From NCBI GenBank assembly GCA_045863295.1, contig BTWA01000004.1, positions 160,001 through 224,000 of the forward strand: a DNA stretch of 64,000 nucleotides. Reading direction: 5' to 3'. Under the pieces are notes generated by a model. It did no database searches and was not told the origin of the DNA. It was given only the letters and a program-made list of their open reading frames with translations. Source of the stretch: Candidatus Hydrogenedentota bacterium (GTDB lineage: Bacteria > Hydrogenedentota > Hydrogenedentia > Hydrogenedentales > SLHB01). Below, one piece after another: positions 48,946 through 58,284 of this stretch. The translations under genes and the position numbers were made by a program. Positions within the stretch are counted from its first letter, which is position 1. Each line of letters begins with the position of its first letter.

Positions 48946-49005
48946 GAAACTATAGCATAAACAGGCCAGCGGCCTCCACCGATCGACCCCGAATAGACGC
49001 GGCCA

Positions 49006-49713
49006 TCATACTTGGGAAATCCGCTCCGGTAGTTCTTCCAGTGAACTTATTTCGAACGGGTTAGCCCCGCTCTTCGGCCCGCGGTTAATCCAAAACGCTT
49101 CCAATCCCGCTGATTTGGCGGCTGAGATGTCGTTTTCCCATTCGTCGCCCACATGAACATAATCGCCCGGCCGTCCCCCCAGCAGGTGGACTAGCGTCTC
49201 GAAGAACCTGGGATCCGGCTTGCTCCAGCCCAAGTCCGCCGAGGTGTGCACAGAGCGAAAAAACGGGGCGAGTTCTGTGGCTGTGATAAGTCTCGGCAGG
49301 CGGGAATCCCAATTGGACGCCACGGCACACCGAATGCCTAACTGGTTCAAGCGAGAGAGCGCCGGTCGCACGTCGTCATATACGTGCCAGGGGCCGGCTT
49401 CCGCGAATGCGTCGAACAGCGCATCAAAAAAGAGCCCAAATGCACTTCCGAAACCGGTGAGGAGGTTGGCCGAGTCAAATACCCGTTGGACCAAGGAATA
49501 CCACCATTCCCGTTCGATTTGTTCCGAGGTGTGAAATGGCGAAACGCCGCCGGAAGCGGTTCGCATGTCCGCATAGGCTTCTTTAAAGGCCTTATTCAGG
49601 ACAGCGGGGTCCGATTCCACCCCGTAACGGGCGGCGTGGGCCGCGTAGACATGGCCCACCGACGGGTCAACCCGCAGTAGGGTACCGGCAGCGTCGAAGA
49701 GCAGGGTGGTCAT
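49006..49713 (-). CDS. HAD-IA family hydrolase (REG-2-like)
   Basis: LLFDAAGTL, SNWD, KPDPRFF, HVGDEWENDI. Confidence 0.88.
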   Translation of the reverse strand: MTTLLFDAAGTLLRVDPSVGHVYAAHAARYGVESDPAVLNKAFKEAYADMRTASGGVSPFHTSEQIEREWWYSLVQRVFDSANLLTGFGSAFGLFFDALFDAFAEAGPWHVYDDVRPALSRLNQLGIRCAVASNWDSRLPRLITATELAPFFRSVHTSADLGWSKPDPRFFETLVHLLGGRPGDYVHVGDEWENDISAAKSAGLEAFWINRGPKSGANPFEISSLEELPERISQV

Positions 49714-49744
49714 TTACAGGCGACCTGATTGGAAGTGAAAAAGC

Positions 49745-49778
49745 AAAAGGAGTGCGCGCCCATAGGGAACGCACTCCC
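49745..49778 (-). terminator. Intrinsic terminator after the 35-aa gene
   Basis: GGAGTGCG..CCC-TAT-GGG..CGCACTCC then TTTTGCTTTTT. Confidence 0.8.
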
Positions 49779-49810
49779 GAAAATCTCGATCTGGAAAAAA
49801 CGGTCAGGTG

Positions 49811-49918
49811 TTAGAACGGCAACGAAATGCCCGCCGCACCCAACGCCGCCAGAACCCAATTCAGAATCCAGAGAAACAGCGTGTAACCGACTTCACCCAA
49901 AAATGCGCCAGCGTCCAT
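49811..49918 (-). CDS. 35-aa hydrophobic small protein
   Basis: MDAGAFLGEVGYTLFLWILNWVLAALGAAGISLPF; AAAGGAGG SD 8 nt upstream; own promoter and terminator. Confidence 0.7.
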   Translation of the reverse strand: MDAGAFLGEVGYTLFLWILNWVLAALGAAGISLPF

Positions 49919-49969
49919 GTCTAATGTCCTCCTTTTCGCAAAACGCTCTTCGCAATCCAACGTCACGAT

Positions 49970-49999
49970 ATGGTATTCAAACCCACAACCTTTTGTCAA
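49970..49999 (-). promoter_or_regulatory. Sigma70-type promoter for the 35-aa gene
   Basis: TTGACA-N18-TACCAT. Confidence 0.6.
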
Positions 50000-50419
50000 G
50001 CTTGTACTTGACACGGCATCGACCACGTGGCCAACACCGGAGCGGGCCTACACGAGAAACAAACCTCCCAGGATCCATTGCAGTATGGAAAACCCGAATG
50101 TAATGGCATAGTAAAAAATGACAAACGGGTTGAAGAGGACCAACGGATCGTAAATCACCTTTGGGCTTCTCCCTTATCGCCAAGCCCCGGCTTACGCCGA
50201 CGCAATTGGCCAACCCATTGACATCAAACCATTTGCAATACGAAAGGGGGCTTGATTCAAGACCGCTCTTTCACTTCCCACGATGAGCCGCCATCTTACA
50301 GCCTCCCTCAAACGATGTCAAGGAAACCCACTTACGGCTCTCGTCTTCAACACCTTCCGGAACGTCGCCGGAATCATAGCCACCATTCGAATCACAGTAC
50401 AGACGGAACCGCACGGATG

Positions 50420-52363
50420 TTACATGCGGTCCTTCAAACGGGATACATTCGTGTCGCCGGGTATCTCGGCGAGCCTGCGGCCGGCTTCGTTGGCAATGAG
50501 CAAGACTTGCCGCCGACCGACTGACTGCTCGCCTAGAATGGGCAACGACTTCAACGAAGGGTCTATGGCCAACATCCAGCGCCAGTCGTTATCCTGAACG
50601 AACATGAATGCCGGCTCCTCGCCTTGGAAGCCGGCGAAAAACTCCCCGGCCCACTGGGTGATCGCGGTAACGAACTGGTCCGCGACGGCGGTTTTTGACC
50701 GCGCCAGGGGCATGACCATTTCTACGGCCTTGCGCAACGATTTGAGTTCCTCCTCCGAGATGGCCGCGAGTTGCGCCACCTTTACGCGGTCCACGGCGCT
50801 CCGGAAACCGGCCGCCACCAGAGCCGCCTGGGTCTCCACCTCTTCATGGGTTAATCCCTCTACATCAAAATCGGGAAAATCCTCCACAAGGACCGGCTCG
50901 TGGAAGCGGTGTGCATAGAAGACATATTCCTCACGCGAGAACCCCAGGGAATAAAGCTTGAAGTCCTCTTCCGCCAAGGCCAATTCCCTTACGGGCGCGC
51001 AGAATCCCTTGGCGGATTTCCACTGGTCAATCACCGGAAAGACAAAGAGAGCGGCCATCAGTGCCAATCCCGCGAAGTGACCTGCAACGCCAAAGGGCAC
51101 CTTGCGGCCTTCCGCGCGCCAGCACCGGAGCGCAGCGTCGATGGCAAACCCCGCAGCGCATAGGCAAAACACTAGAATACCCGGCCCCCAAAGAGAGCCG
51201 TATTCGGGGCGAATATGGAACATAATTGCATAGGGCAAGATGGCCAGAAGTAACAGGCACAACGTCCACACGACGCCCACGGTACGCCTAATCCAGGCAG
51301 CCCACGCCAAATCGACAAGTTCCTCGACACTCAACGCGATAAGAATGGCGATGGCGGGATGTATGGGCAACAGGTAGATCGCTCTTTTGCCCGAGCTGAT
51401 GCTGAAAAACACGATGGCCGGCAATATCCAAGCGAGCAAAAAACGGATCATCGCTCCGTCTTTCCTGTGCTTATAGGTCCAGTAGACGGTCCACGGGACA
51501 AAAAGAGTCCAGGGGAAGAAATCGGCGGGTAATTCGACGAGATAGTACCATGGCGGTTGGGCCTTACTGACGCCGAGCACGAACCGGCCGATGATCTGCC
51601 GGTATAGATTCTCGCCGATACCCGAACTGACGGCTTCCGTCACTTCGCCGGCGCCCATGATTCGAGAGGGAATGAACCATGCGGCGACGATTGCAATGGA
51701 CGCGAGCAATCCGAAAACCCAATGCAGATTCTTGCGCTTATCACGTTGCTTCCAGTGAAACGCAAAAATGAGCAACAACGGAAACACGAGCGCGGGCGGC
51801 CCTTTGGCGAGCAAACCGGCACCGATCATGCCATAAAACAAGGCCAGCCATCCGCGTTTGCCGTCTTCGTGATGTCTCCAGAACGCATACAGGGCCACCA
51901 TAAGACAGGCGGTGAGCACCATGTCGATCTGGGCGGTTCTCGCCTGCCACCAGAATCGCGCGGCGGTCATCAGCACCACCGTGGCCATAAGTGCCGCACG
52001 AGTCCCCGCCATGCGCGCGGCGAGCTGAAAGGTGAAGTACAACGTGATCAACGCGGCGGCAATGGAGGGCACTCGCGCCGTGAATTCGGATACGTCTCCA
52101 AATGGCAACGATGCGAGCGCGATAAGCCAGAAAAACAGTGGCGGCTTCTCCATATACGGCTGGCCGTTAACGTGGAGCACGAGCCAGTCCCCGGACTGGA
52201 GAATTTCCCGGGCGACCTGCCCGAATCGGGGTTCGTCTGCTGGCCAGAGGGCATAACCGCCCACGTTTGCCGAGAAGAGCATGGTAGCCACGATCAGCAC
52301 GGCCGCAAGCGAAACAAATCGGGCGTTCAGGGAAAGCCCCGGATTCTGAATTGGCGCACTCAT
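50420..52363 (-). CDS. ArnT/PMT-like GT-C glycosyltransferase (lipid A or other lipid-acceptor modification)
   Basis: ADEPRFGQVARE, YMEKPPLFFWL, ARVPS, AQIDM, LAKGP, PPWYY, SGKRAIYLLP; ATGA overlap. Confidence 0.88.
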   Translation of the reverse strand: MSAPIQNPGLSLNARFVSLAAVLIVATMLFSANVGGYALWPADEPRFGQVAREILQSGDWLVLHVNGQPYMEKPPLFFWLIALASLPFGDVSEFTARVPSIAAALITLYFTFQLAARMAGTRAALMATVVLMTAARFWWQARTAQIDMVLTACLMVALYAFWRHHEDGKRGWLALFYGMIGAGLLAKGPPALVFPLLLIFAFHWKQRDKRKNLHWVFGLLASIAIVAAWFIPSRIMGAGEVTEAVSSGIGENLYRQIIGRFVLGVSKAQPPWYYLVELPADFFPWTLFVPWTVYWTYKHRKDGAMIRFLLAWILPAIVFFSISSGKRAIYLLPIHPAIAILIALSVEELVDLAWAAWIRRTVGVVWTLCLLLLAILPYAIMFHIRPEYGSLWGPGILVFCLCAAGFAIDAALRCWRAEGRKVPFGVAGHFAGLALMAALFVFPVIDQWKSAKGFCAPVRELALAEEDFKLYSLGFSREEYVFYAHRFHEPVLVEDFPDFDVEGLTHEEVETQAALVAAGFRSAVDRVKVAQLAAISEEELKSLRKAVEMVMPLARSKTAVADQFVTAITQWAGEFFAGFQGEEPAFMFVQDNDWRWMLAIDPSLKSLPILGEQSVGRRQVLLIANEAGRRLAEIPGDTNVSRLKDRM

Positions 52364-53067
52364 GTCAGATTCGTCTGGTTTTGCGCCGCGGCTGGATTGG
52401 CGTGAATGAACCACAGATTGCGGATGTAGACGAGTACGTTGGCCATCATGCCCACGGCGAAGATCCATTCCTTGCCGCCGCGCTGAACGAAACAGCCCAA
52501 CATAAGGGCGCTGGCCACAATACTGAGATACCAGAACGATTCGGGAATGACGCTCTTGCGCTGACGTTCGGTGGCAATCCACTGTACGAGAAACCGGCAC
52601 GCGAACAAGGCTTGGCCCAGAAGGCCCACGGCCAGCCATATCCAAGTGGTCTGGGCTTCGCTTGCGGGGGCCGCGGCGTTTCGATGCCATTCGCCGAGCC
52701 ATACCGCCCCCAGGAACGCAAGCGAAATCACGGCGATGACGGCAACCAGCAGGTGAATGGTCCAGTACCGAAATGCGGTCAGGGTTCCCCGTTCACGCCA
52801 GATGTGCACGAGATTCCGGGAGTAAATAAGGATGTTAAGGCTTTGGCTTAACGTGCCCAGCGGCGACTGACTGTGCACGCCGAACGCGAGGAGCAAGACC
52901 GAGCCCACACTGCTCATATACCAGAATGAAATCGGAAACACGCTCTGTTTGCGGCGTTCCGAAACCCACCATTGGACATAGAAACGGCCGTAAAATAGCG
53001 CCCCACCAATCACGCCCACGGTTATCCAGACGGCCTCCATGGGAGACCCGGGAATCAAATCATTCAC
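52360..53067 (-). CDS. Lipid-A-disaccharide synthase N-terminal (LAB_N) domain protein, two repeats
   Basis: Twice G..G..LF..RF.VQW..(S/T)ER...SV.P..FWY.S. Confidence 0.88.
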   Translation of the reverse strand: MNDLIPGSPMEAVWITVGVIGGALFYGRFYVQWWVSERRKQSVFPISFWYMSSVGSVLLLAFGVHSQSPLGTLSQSLNILIYSRNLVHIWRERGTLTAFRYWTIHLLVAVIAVISLAFLGAVWLGEWHRNAAAPASEAQTTWIWLAVGLLGQALFACRFLVQWIATERQRKSVIPESFWYLSIVASALMLGCFVQRGGKEWIFAVGMMANVLVYIRNLWFIHANPAAAQNQTNLT

Positions 53068-53786
53068 GGAACTTCTTCCCCTTCAACCGCGATTACCACA
53101 TAGCGTTTACGCAGCCAGCCCACTCCAACCAAGTCGTAGAGTCCGCGCCACAGGCGATTGCCAATGCCGTATTTGGATTGGCCATGAATGCGCGGATGAT
53201 GCGTGACCGGACATTCGGCAATGGTAAACCCGGCATTGCGCATCAGTACGGCGATGAACCGGTGCACGCCATTGAAGGCCACCACATGTTCAATGCACTT
53301 TCGCCGGTACGCCTTGCTGCCGCAACCCGAATCTCGGATGCCGTCGTGCAGGATGGCATTGCGGACAGCATTGGCAATTCGGCTCGACGCCTTGCGGACA
53401 AGCGAATCATTTCGCTGAGCCCGGAAACCGCACACGCAATCAAACTCCTGCAACAGCTCCAGCATTCGCGGAAAGTCACAGGGATCGTTCTGCAAATCGC
53501 CGTCGAGCGTGAGGATGTAATCCCCATGGGCTCGCCGCATGCCGGCCACCATCGCGGCGGATTGTCCCGAATTGCGCACCAGGTGGATGGCCCGTACGCG
53601 TGGGTTCGCCGCCTGTGCGGCTACAAGTCTCTCGCGGGTTTCGTCGGAACTTCCGTCGTTTACAAACACGCATTCGTAATCGTACTGCGGAAGCGACTCG
53701 AACACCGCGGCGATTTGCGACGCCAGCGGCTGCACATTGTCTTCTTCGTTGAAAAACGGAACTACCACGGATACCAAAGGCTTCAT
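53064..53786 (-). CDS. Glycosyltransferase family 2 (ArnC/DPM-like)
   Basis: VVVPFFNEEDN, VNDGSSD, RNSGQSAA, LDGDLQND, DSGC, HRFI, HHPRIHGQSKYG. Confidence 0.9.
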   Translation of the reverse strand: MKPLVSVVVPFFNEEDNVQPLASQIAAVFESLPQYDYECVFVNDGSSDETRERLVAAQAANPRVRAIHLVRNSGQSAAMVAGMRRAHGDYILTLDGDLQNDPCDFPRMLELLQEFDCVCGFRAQRNDSLVRKASSRIANAVRNAILHDGIRDSGCGSKAYRRKCIEHVVAFNGVHRFIAVLMRNAGFTIAECPVTHHPRIHGQSKYGIGNRLWRGLYDLVGVGWLRKRYVVIAVEGEEVP

Positions 53787-53900
53787 GAAATCATTATCCC
53801 GCGGAAAAAGGCCCCGGATCCCGGGAAGTCTGGTCTGGCGCGCATAACTGGATGGCGCGGACAGGTTGCATACCGGGCAGGAGTATACATGAGCCCTGGG

Positions 53901-55331
53901 TCAGCTTTCCTTAAATTCAGCGACCAAACCGGAAATAGTGGCTTTGGCGTCGCCGAAAATCATGCGCGTGTTTTCTTTGAAGAACAACGGGTTGTCAATC
54001 CCTGCAAACCCGGAGGCCATGGATCGCTTGAGCACGAAGACACTCTTGGCCAGATCGACATTGATAATGGGCATACCGTAAATCGGGCTGCCTTCGTCTT
54101 CCCGCGCGGCCGGGTTGACTACGTCGTTCGCACCGATAACCACCGCCACGTCCACGGTATCGATCGTGCGGTTGATATCGTCCATTTCGACGAGCTGCTC
54201 ATAAGGCACATTGGCCTCGGCAAGCAGGACGTTCATATGCCCCGGCATGCGGCCAGCCACGGGGTGAATGGCGTATTTCACTTCCGCGCCGTTCGTCTCC
54301 AGGATGTTGCCCAACTCGCGAACGACATGCTGCGCCTGGGCCACGGCCATGCCGTACCCCGGAACGAAAATGACCGATCGCGCCGCTTCCAACACGTAGT
54401 ACGCGTCTTGCACGCTCATGGCCTTGGCTTCGCCCTGCTGTGCCGAGGAAGCTTTCGATGTCGTGCCGGATCCAAAACCGCTGAACAACACGTTCGACAA
54501 GGACCGGTTCATCGCCTTGCACATAATCATGGTGAGGATAATGCCGCTCGCACCCACCAGCGAACCGGACACGATGAGCACCGTGTTCAAGATGACGAAA
54601 CCGGCGGCGCAGGCCGCCAGACCGGAGTAGCTATTCAACAACGAAATGACGACAGGCATGTCGGCGCCGCCGATTGGCACGGTGGCCATCACACCGAGAA
54701 TCAACGACAACACGCAGGCCACCACGAACGCCGGCCACATGGTCACGGGGTCCATGATAAAGAGAATGCCGCTAGCCACCGTCGCCAGGACGAGCAGGCC
54801 ATTCACAATCTGCTGGCCCTTAAAGAGAAACGGTTTGCCTGAAATGCGTTCGGCCAGTTTCGCATACGCGATCATGCTGCCCGTGAACGTGACCGCGCCA
54901 ATCAACGCGGCCAAATAGATGCTCGTGGCGGTAAACCACTCCGCCGGCGGCTCGCTAACGAGCGTGGATTTCAACACCATGAGTTCGCCCGACATCCAAT
55001 GGCTGCGGTTGTTCATGTATTCGGCGCACGCCACCAAAAGACTTGCGAGGCCGCCGAACCCGTTAAAAAGGGCAACGAACTCCGGCATGCTGGTCATGGG
55101 CACACGATAGGCCGACACCGCGCCAATGACGGTGCCGATAAGCGCGCCGACGATGATCCAATGATACGAAATAATGTTCTGATCGAGCAGCGTGACCACG
55201 ATGGCAATCAACATGCCGACACCGGAGATCAGGTTGCCCTTTCGCGCCGTCGCGGCCGAACTCAAGTATTTCAGACCGTAAATGAACAGAACCGAAGATA
55301 CGATATAGCTGAGTGTGATAACGCTGCTCAC
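53901..55331 (-). CDS. pntB: NAD(P) transhydrogenase beta subunit
   Basis: MTSMPEFVALFNGFGG, IGGADMPVVISLLNSYSG, MCKAMNRS, PGYGMAVAQAQH, HPVAGRMPGHMNVLLAEA. Confidence 0.97.
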   Translation of the reverse strand: MSSVITLSYIVSSVLFIYGLKYLSSAATARKGNLISGVGMLIAIVVTLLDQNIISYHWIIVGALIGTVIGAVSAYRVPMTSMPEFVALFNGFGGLASLLVACAEYMNNRSHWMSGELMVLKSTLVSEPPAEWFTATSIYLAALIGAVTFTGSMIAYAKLAERISGKPFLFKGQQIVNGLLVLATVASGILFIMDPVTMWPAFVVACVLSLILGVMATVPIGGADMPVVISLLNSYSGLAACAAGFVILNTVLIVSGSLVGASGIILTMIMCKAMNRSLSNVLFSGFGSGTTSKASSAQQGEAKAMSVQDAYYVLEAARSVIFVPGYGMAVAQAQHVVRELGNILETNGAEVKYAIHPVAGRMPGHMNVLLAEANVPYEQLVEMDDINRTIDTVDVAVVIGANDVVNPAAREDEGSPIYGMPIINVDLAKSVFVLKRSMASGFAGIDNPLFFKENTRMIFGDAKATISGLVAEFKES

Positions 55332-55618
55332 GGCTTGTTCCCCTGCTGTTTGCTGGTGAACATGCCGAGCATGCGATCCGTCACGAGGTAACCGCCGACC
55401 ACGTTGATCATCGCGAATGCGACGGCGGCCGTCCCGAACGCTACACTCAACCAATGCCCTTCGGTAGCCCCCGCGGCGATGAGCGAACCCACAATGGTGA
55501 TGCCCGAAATGGCGTTCGATCCCGACATCAACGGCGTGTGCAGTTGGGACGGAACCTTGGATATCAATTCGACGCCCAAGAAGATCGCCAGCACGAATGT
55601 GAACAATAGCAGTATCAT
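55328..55618 (-). CDS. pntAB: NAD(P) transhydrogenase alpha subunit, membrane part (alpha-2)
   Basis: VPSQLHTPLMSGSNAISG, INVVGGYLVTDRML. Confidence 0.95.
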   Translation of the reverse strand: MILLLFTFVLAIFLGVELISKVPSQLHTPLMSGSNAISGITIVGSLIAAGATEGHWLSVAFGTAAVAFAMINVVGGYLVTDRMLGMFTSKQQGNKP

Positions 55619-55636
55619 GGATAGACTAGCCCCCGA

Positions 55637-56794
55637 TTATATCTTGGCGGCCGGTTCGGCCAGCCCGTAGGTTTTTCGAATCATGGGATGGCGCACGTTG
55701 CCCGCGTGAGTCACAAGGCATCCATCGATAATTTCGTCGCCTATTTTCAGACTGAACACTTTTGCGTCCTTGTCCCAAAATTCTTCGACGAGATTCCCCA
55801 GATTGGCGGAATACATTTGACTCGCATGGACGGGCACACGTCCCTCGAGATTGCTTGTTCCCACAACCTTTACGCCGTTGATATCCGCGACTTCGTCGAG
55901 TCGCACGCCTTCGACGTTTCCGCCGGTCTCGACGGCCAGATCGACTATGACGCTGCCAGGCCGCATCCCGGCAACCATTTCCCGCGTAACCAGCGTAGGC
56001 GCCTTGCGCCCAAATAGCTTCGCCGTGGTAATGACAACGTCGGACTGGGCGCAAATTTTCGCCATGCCTTCGCGTTGCCGTTGCTGCTGCTCCGGCGTAA
56101 GTTCCTTGGCATAACCGTCCTTGGTCTGGCCGGTCTCGCCCAGATCGATTTTGACGAATTTGGCGCCGAGCGAGTGTACTTGTTCTTCAACAACAGGGCG
56201 CGTGTCGAATGCGTCCACTCGCGCCCCGAGCCGTTTTGCTGTCGCGATGGCCTGCAGCCCGGCCACGCCCGCGCCGATGATGAAAACACGGGCGGGTTTC
56301 AATGTACCCGCGGGGGTCATCATCATGGGAAAGGCCATATCCAGGGTGTTGGCCGCGATAATCACCGCGGCGTAGCCGGCCAGGTTGGCTTGGGAACTCA
56401 GCGCATCCATCTTCTGCGCCCGGGTGGTGCGGGGAATCATTTCCATGCTGATGGCACTCACGCCGCGCAAAGCGAGGGTCTCGACCAACGCACGTTCATT
56501 GAACGGATCGAGAAAGCTGACATGGATACTGCCGGATTTGAGTAGGTTTATTTCGTCCGCCGGCGGTTTGCGCAGGCGCAAGACCAAATCCGCATCGCCC
56601 AGCAAGGATTCGCGATCGGCCCGGATGGAAGCGCCTGCACTCTCGTACGCGCTGTCCGGTACGTGGATGGCCCCCCCAACACCTTTTTCCACGGCAATGA
56701 CGGCGCCTTTTTTTACTAACCGGTTTACTGTTTCGGGAATTATGGGAACTCGAGTCTCCCCGGGATGGGTCTCTTTCGGTACGGCAATCAACAT
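55637..56794 (-). CDS. pntAA: NAD(P) transhydrogenase alpha subunit, NAD(H)-binding part (alpha-1)
   Basis: VPKETHPGETRV, IPRTTRAQKMDALSS, GAGVAGLQA, DLAVETGGN. Confidence 0.95.
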   Translation of the reverse strand: MLIAVPKETHPGETRVPIIPETVNRLVKKGAVIAVEKGVGGAIHVPDSAYESAGASIRADRESLLGDADLVLRLRKPPADEINLLKSGSIHVSFLDPFNERALVETLALRGVSAISMEMIPRTTRAQKMDALSSQANLAGYAAVIIAANTLDMAFPMMMTPAGTLKPARVFIIGAGVAGLQAIATAKRLGARVDAFDTRPVVEEQVHSLGAKFVKIDLGETGQTKDGYAKELTPEQQQRQREGMAKICAQSDVVITTAKLFGRKAPTLVTREMVAGMRPGSVIVDLAVETGGNVEGVRLDEVADINGVKVVGTSNLEGRVPVHASQMYSANLGNLVEEFWDKDAKVFSLKIGDEIIDGCLVTHAGNVRHPMIRKTYGLAEPAAKI

Positions 56795-56904
56795 GACACC
56801 CCCTGGAACCTGTCGCGGTAATCCGCGAAAACGCAAAGTTACCGGAGATTATAGGCCTATGTGCTGAAAACCTCAAAAATCGCGGGGAAAACGAGATTCG
56901 GAAT

Positions 56905-58284
56905 CTATTTTCCAATGCAGAACGAGCTGAAGATTCGGGTCAGAATATCGTCGGAAGTCGTTTCGCCCGTTATCTCTCCAAGGGCATCGAGGGCCTCCCG
57001 GAGATCAATGCTGAGGAATTCCGGGGACGACTGAAAATTGGCCAGGCATTGGGTGAGGGCGGCGGCGGCCCGGCGCAGACTGTCCCGTTGGTGCATGCGG
57101 GTGATGAGGCCTTGATCGGGGGAAATGGCGCCTTCTTTCACCAGGAGCGAACCCAACACGTGTTCGAGTTCGGTGAGCCCTTCCCCGTTGCGCGCGGAAA
57201 GGCGCACAGCCCCGTCGAATTTCGTTGACCATGCTGGCCAGGCAGCGTCCGGGACAATGTCGCTTTTGTTCAGCACAAGTACCGCGGGAATGGCTAGATC
57301 GGAAATTTCGGCCGCGAGCGCCGTGTCCTCGTCTGTCACGGGTTTCGACGCATCCAGCAGCAGAAATACGGCATCCGCGGTATGCAGCGCGCCGCGTGCG
57401 CGTTCAATGCCGATTTGCTCGACTTCGTCATCCGTCGACCGCAGACCTGCCGTGTCCGACACGCGGACGGGTATGCCCTGAATGGTGATAACTTCCTCAA
57501 GTATGTCGCGCGTGGTGCCGGGTTGGCTGGTGACGATGGCGCGTGCATCGCGCAAGAGCGCGTTGAAGAGACTCGACTTGCCGACATTGGGGCGGCCGAC
57601 GATGGCCAATCGGGCGCCTTCGCGGTAGAGCCGGCCGGTTTCGGCGGTTGCGAGAAGTGCCAGCATGGATTCGCGGGCGGATTCGATCTGTCGCCGTAAT
57701 GATTCATCGACCAGGTCGGGTACGTCCTCTTCTGGAAAATCGATGGCAGATTCGACGCGAGCCAGTGCATCGCCAAGTGTTTGATTCAGTTCTTGGATGG
57801 CTTTGGATAGCGCGCCCCCGGCAGCGGCATGCGCTGCGCGCAATGCGGCACGCGTCTGGGCCTGAATGCGGTCGATGACGGCTTCCGCCTGGATCAAATC
57901 GATACGGCCATTGAGGAACGCCCGTTTGGTGAATTCGCCGGGCTCGGCAAGCCGCGCGCCATGAAGCAGGGTAAGTTCAAGGATTGCGTTCAGCGGCCCC
58001 GGGCCGCCGTGCGCGTTAATTTCGACTACGTCTTCGCGCGTGTAACTATGGGGTGCACGCATGATGTGCAGCAGGACTTCATCCACGGGTCCGGATGCAT
58101 CATGGACAACGCCATAAAAGATGCGGCCGCGACCCGATAATGGGTCGCGGCCGCGTGAGGATTGAAACAAAGCAGCCGCGATGGCAATGGCACGAGGTCC
58201 ACTCAGGCGAACGATGCCAATGCCGCCTTCCCCCGGAGGGGTCGAAATTGCGGCAATCGTGTCTTCAACCGGTGGTCGCTTCAC
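56905..58284 (-). CDS. mnmE: tRNA modification GTPase MnmE
   Basis: DTIAAISTPPGEGGIGIVRLSG, GEFTKRAFLNGRIDL, GRPNVGKSS, GTTRD, DTAG, NKSD, FCIGK; GTG start inferred. Confidence 0.96.
   Translation of the reverse strand: MKRPPVEDTIAAISTPPGEGGIGIVRLSGPRAIAIAAALFQSSRGRDPLSGRGRIFYGVVHDASGPVDEVLLHIMRAPHSYTREDVVEINAHGGPGPLNAILELTLLHGARLAEPGEFTKRAFLNGRIDLIQAEAVIDRIQAQTRAALRAAHAAAGGALSKAIQELNQTLGDALARVESAIDFPEEDVPDLVDESLRRQIESARESMLALLATAETGRLYREGARLAIVGRPNVGKSSLFNALLRDARAIVTSQPGTTRDILEEVITIQGIPVRVSDTAGLRSTDDEVEQIGIERARGALHTADAVFLLLDASKPVTDEDTALAAEISDLAIPAVLVLNKSDIVPDAAWPAWSTKFDGAVRLSARNGEGLTELEHVLGSLLVKEGAISPDQGLITRMHQRDSLRRAAAALTQCLANFQSSPEFLSIDLREALDALGEITGETTSDDILTRIFSSFCIGK

Noticed and set aside
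52926..54842. 638-aa plus-strand ORF (also 4022-5113, 6556-7941, 15500-16630, 28173-29411, 58181-59587)
   Set aside because: Antisense shadows of well-supported minus-strand genes; no recognisable motifs; expected in GC-rich DNA
55328..56794. Split pntA as a frameshift or pseudogene
   Set aside because: The three-subunit alpha1/alpha2/beta transhydrogenase organisation is well established and both ORFs are intact
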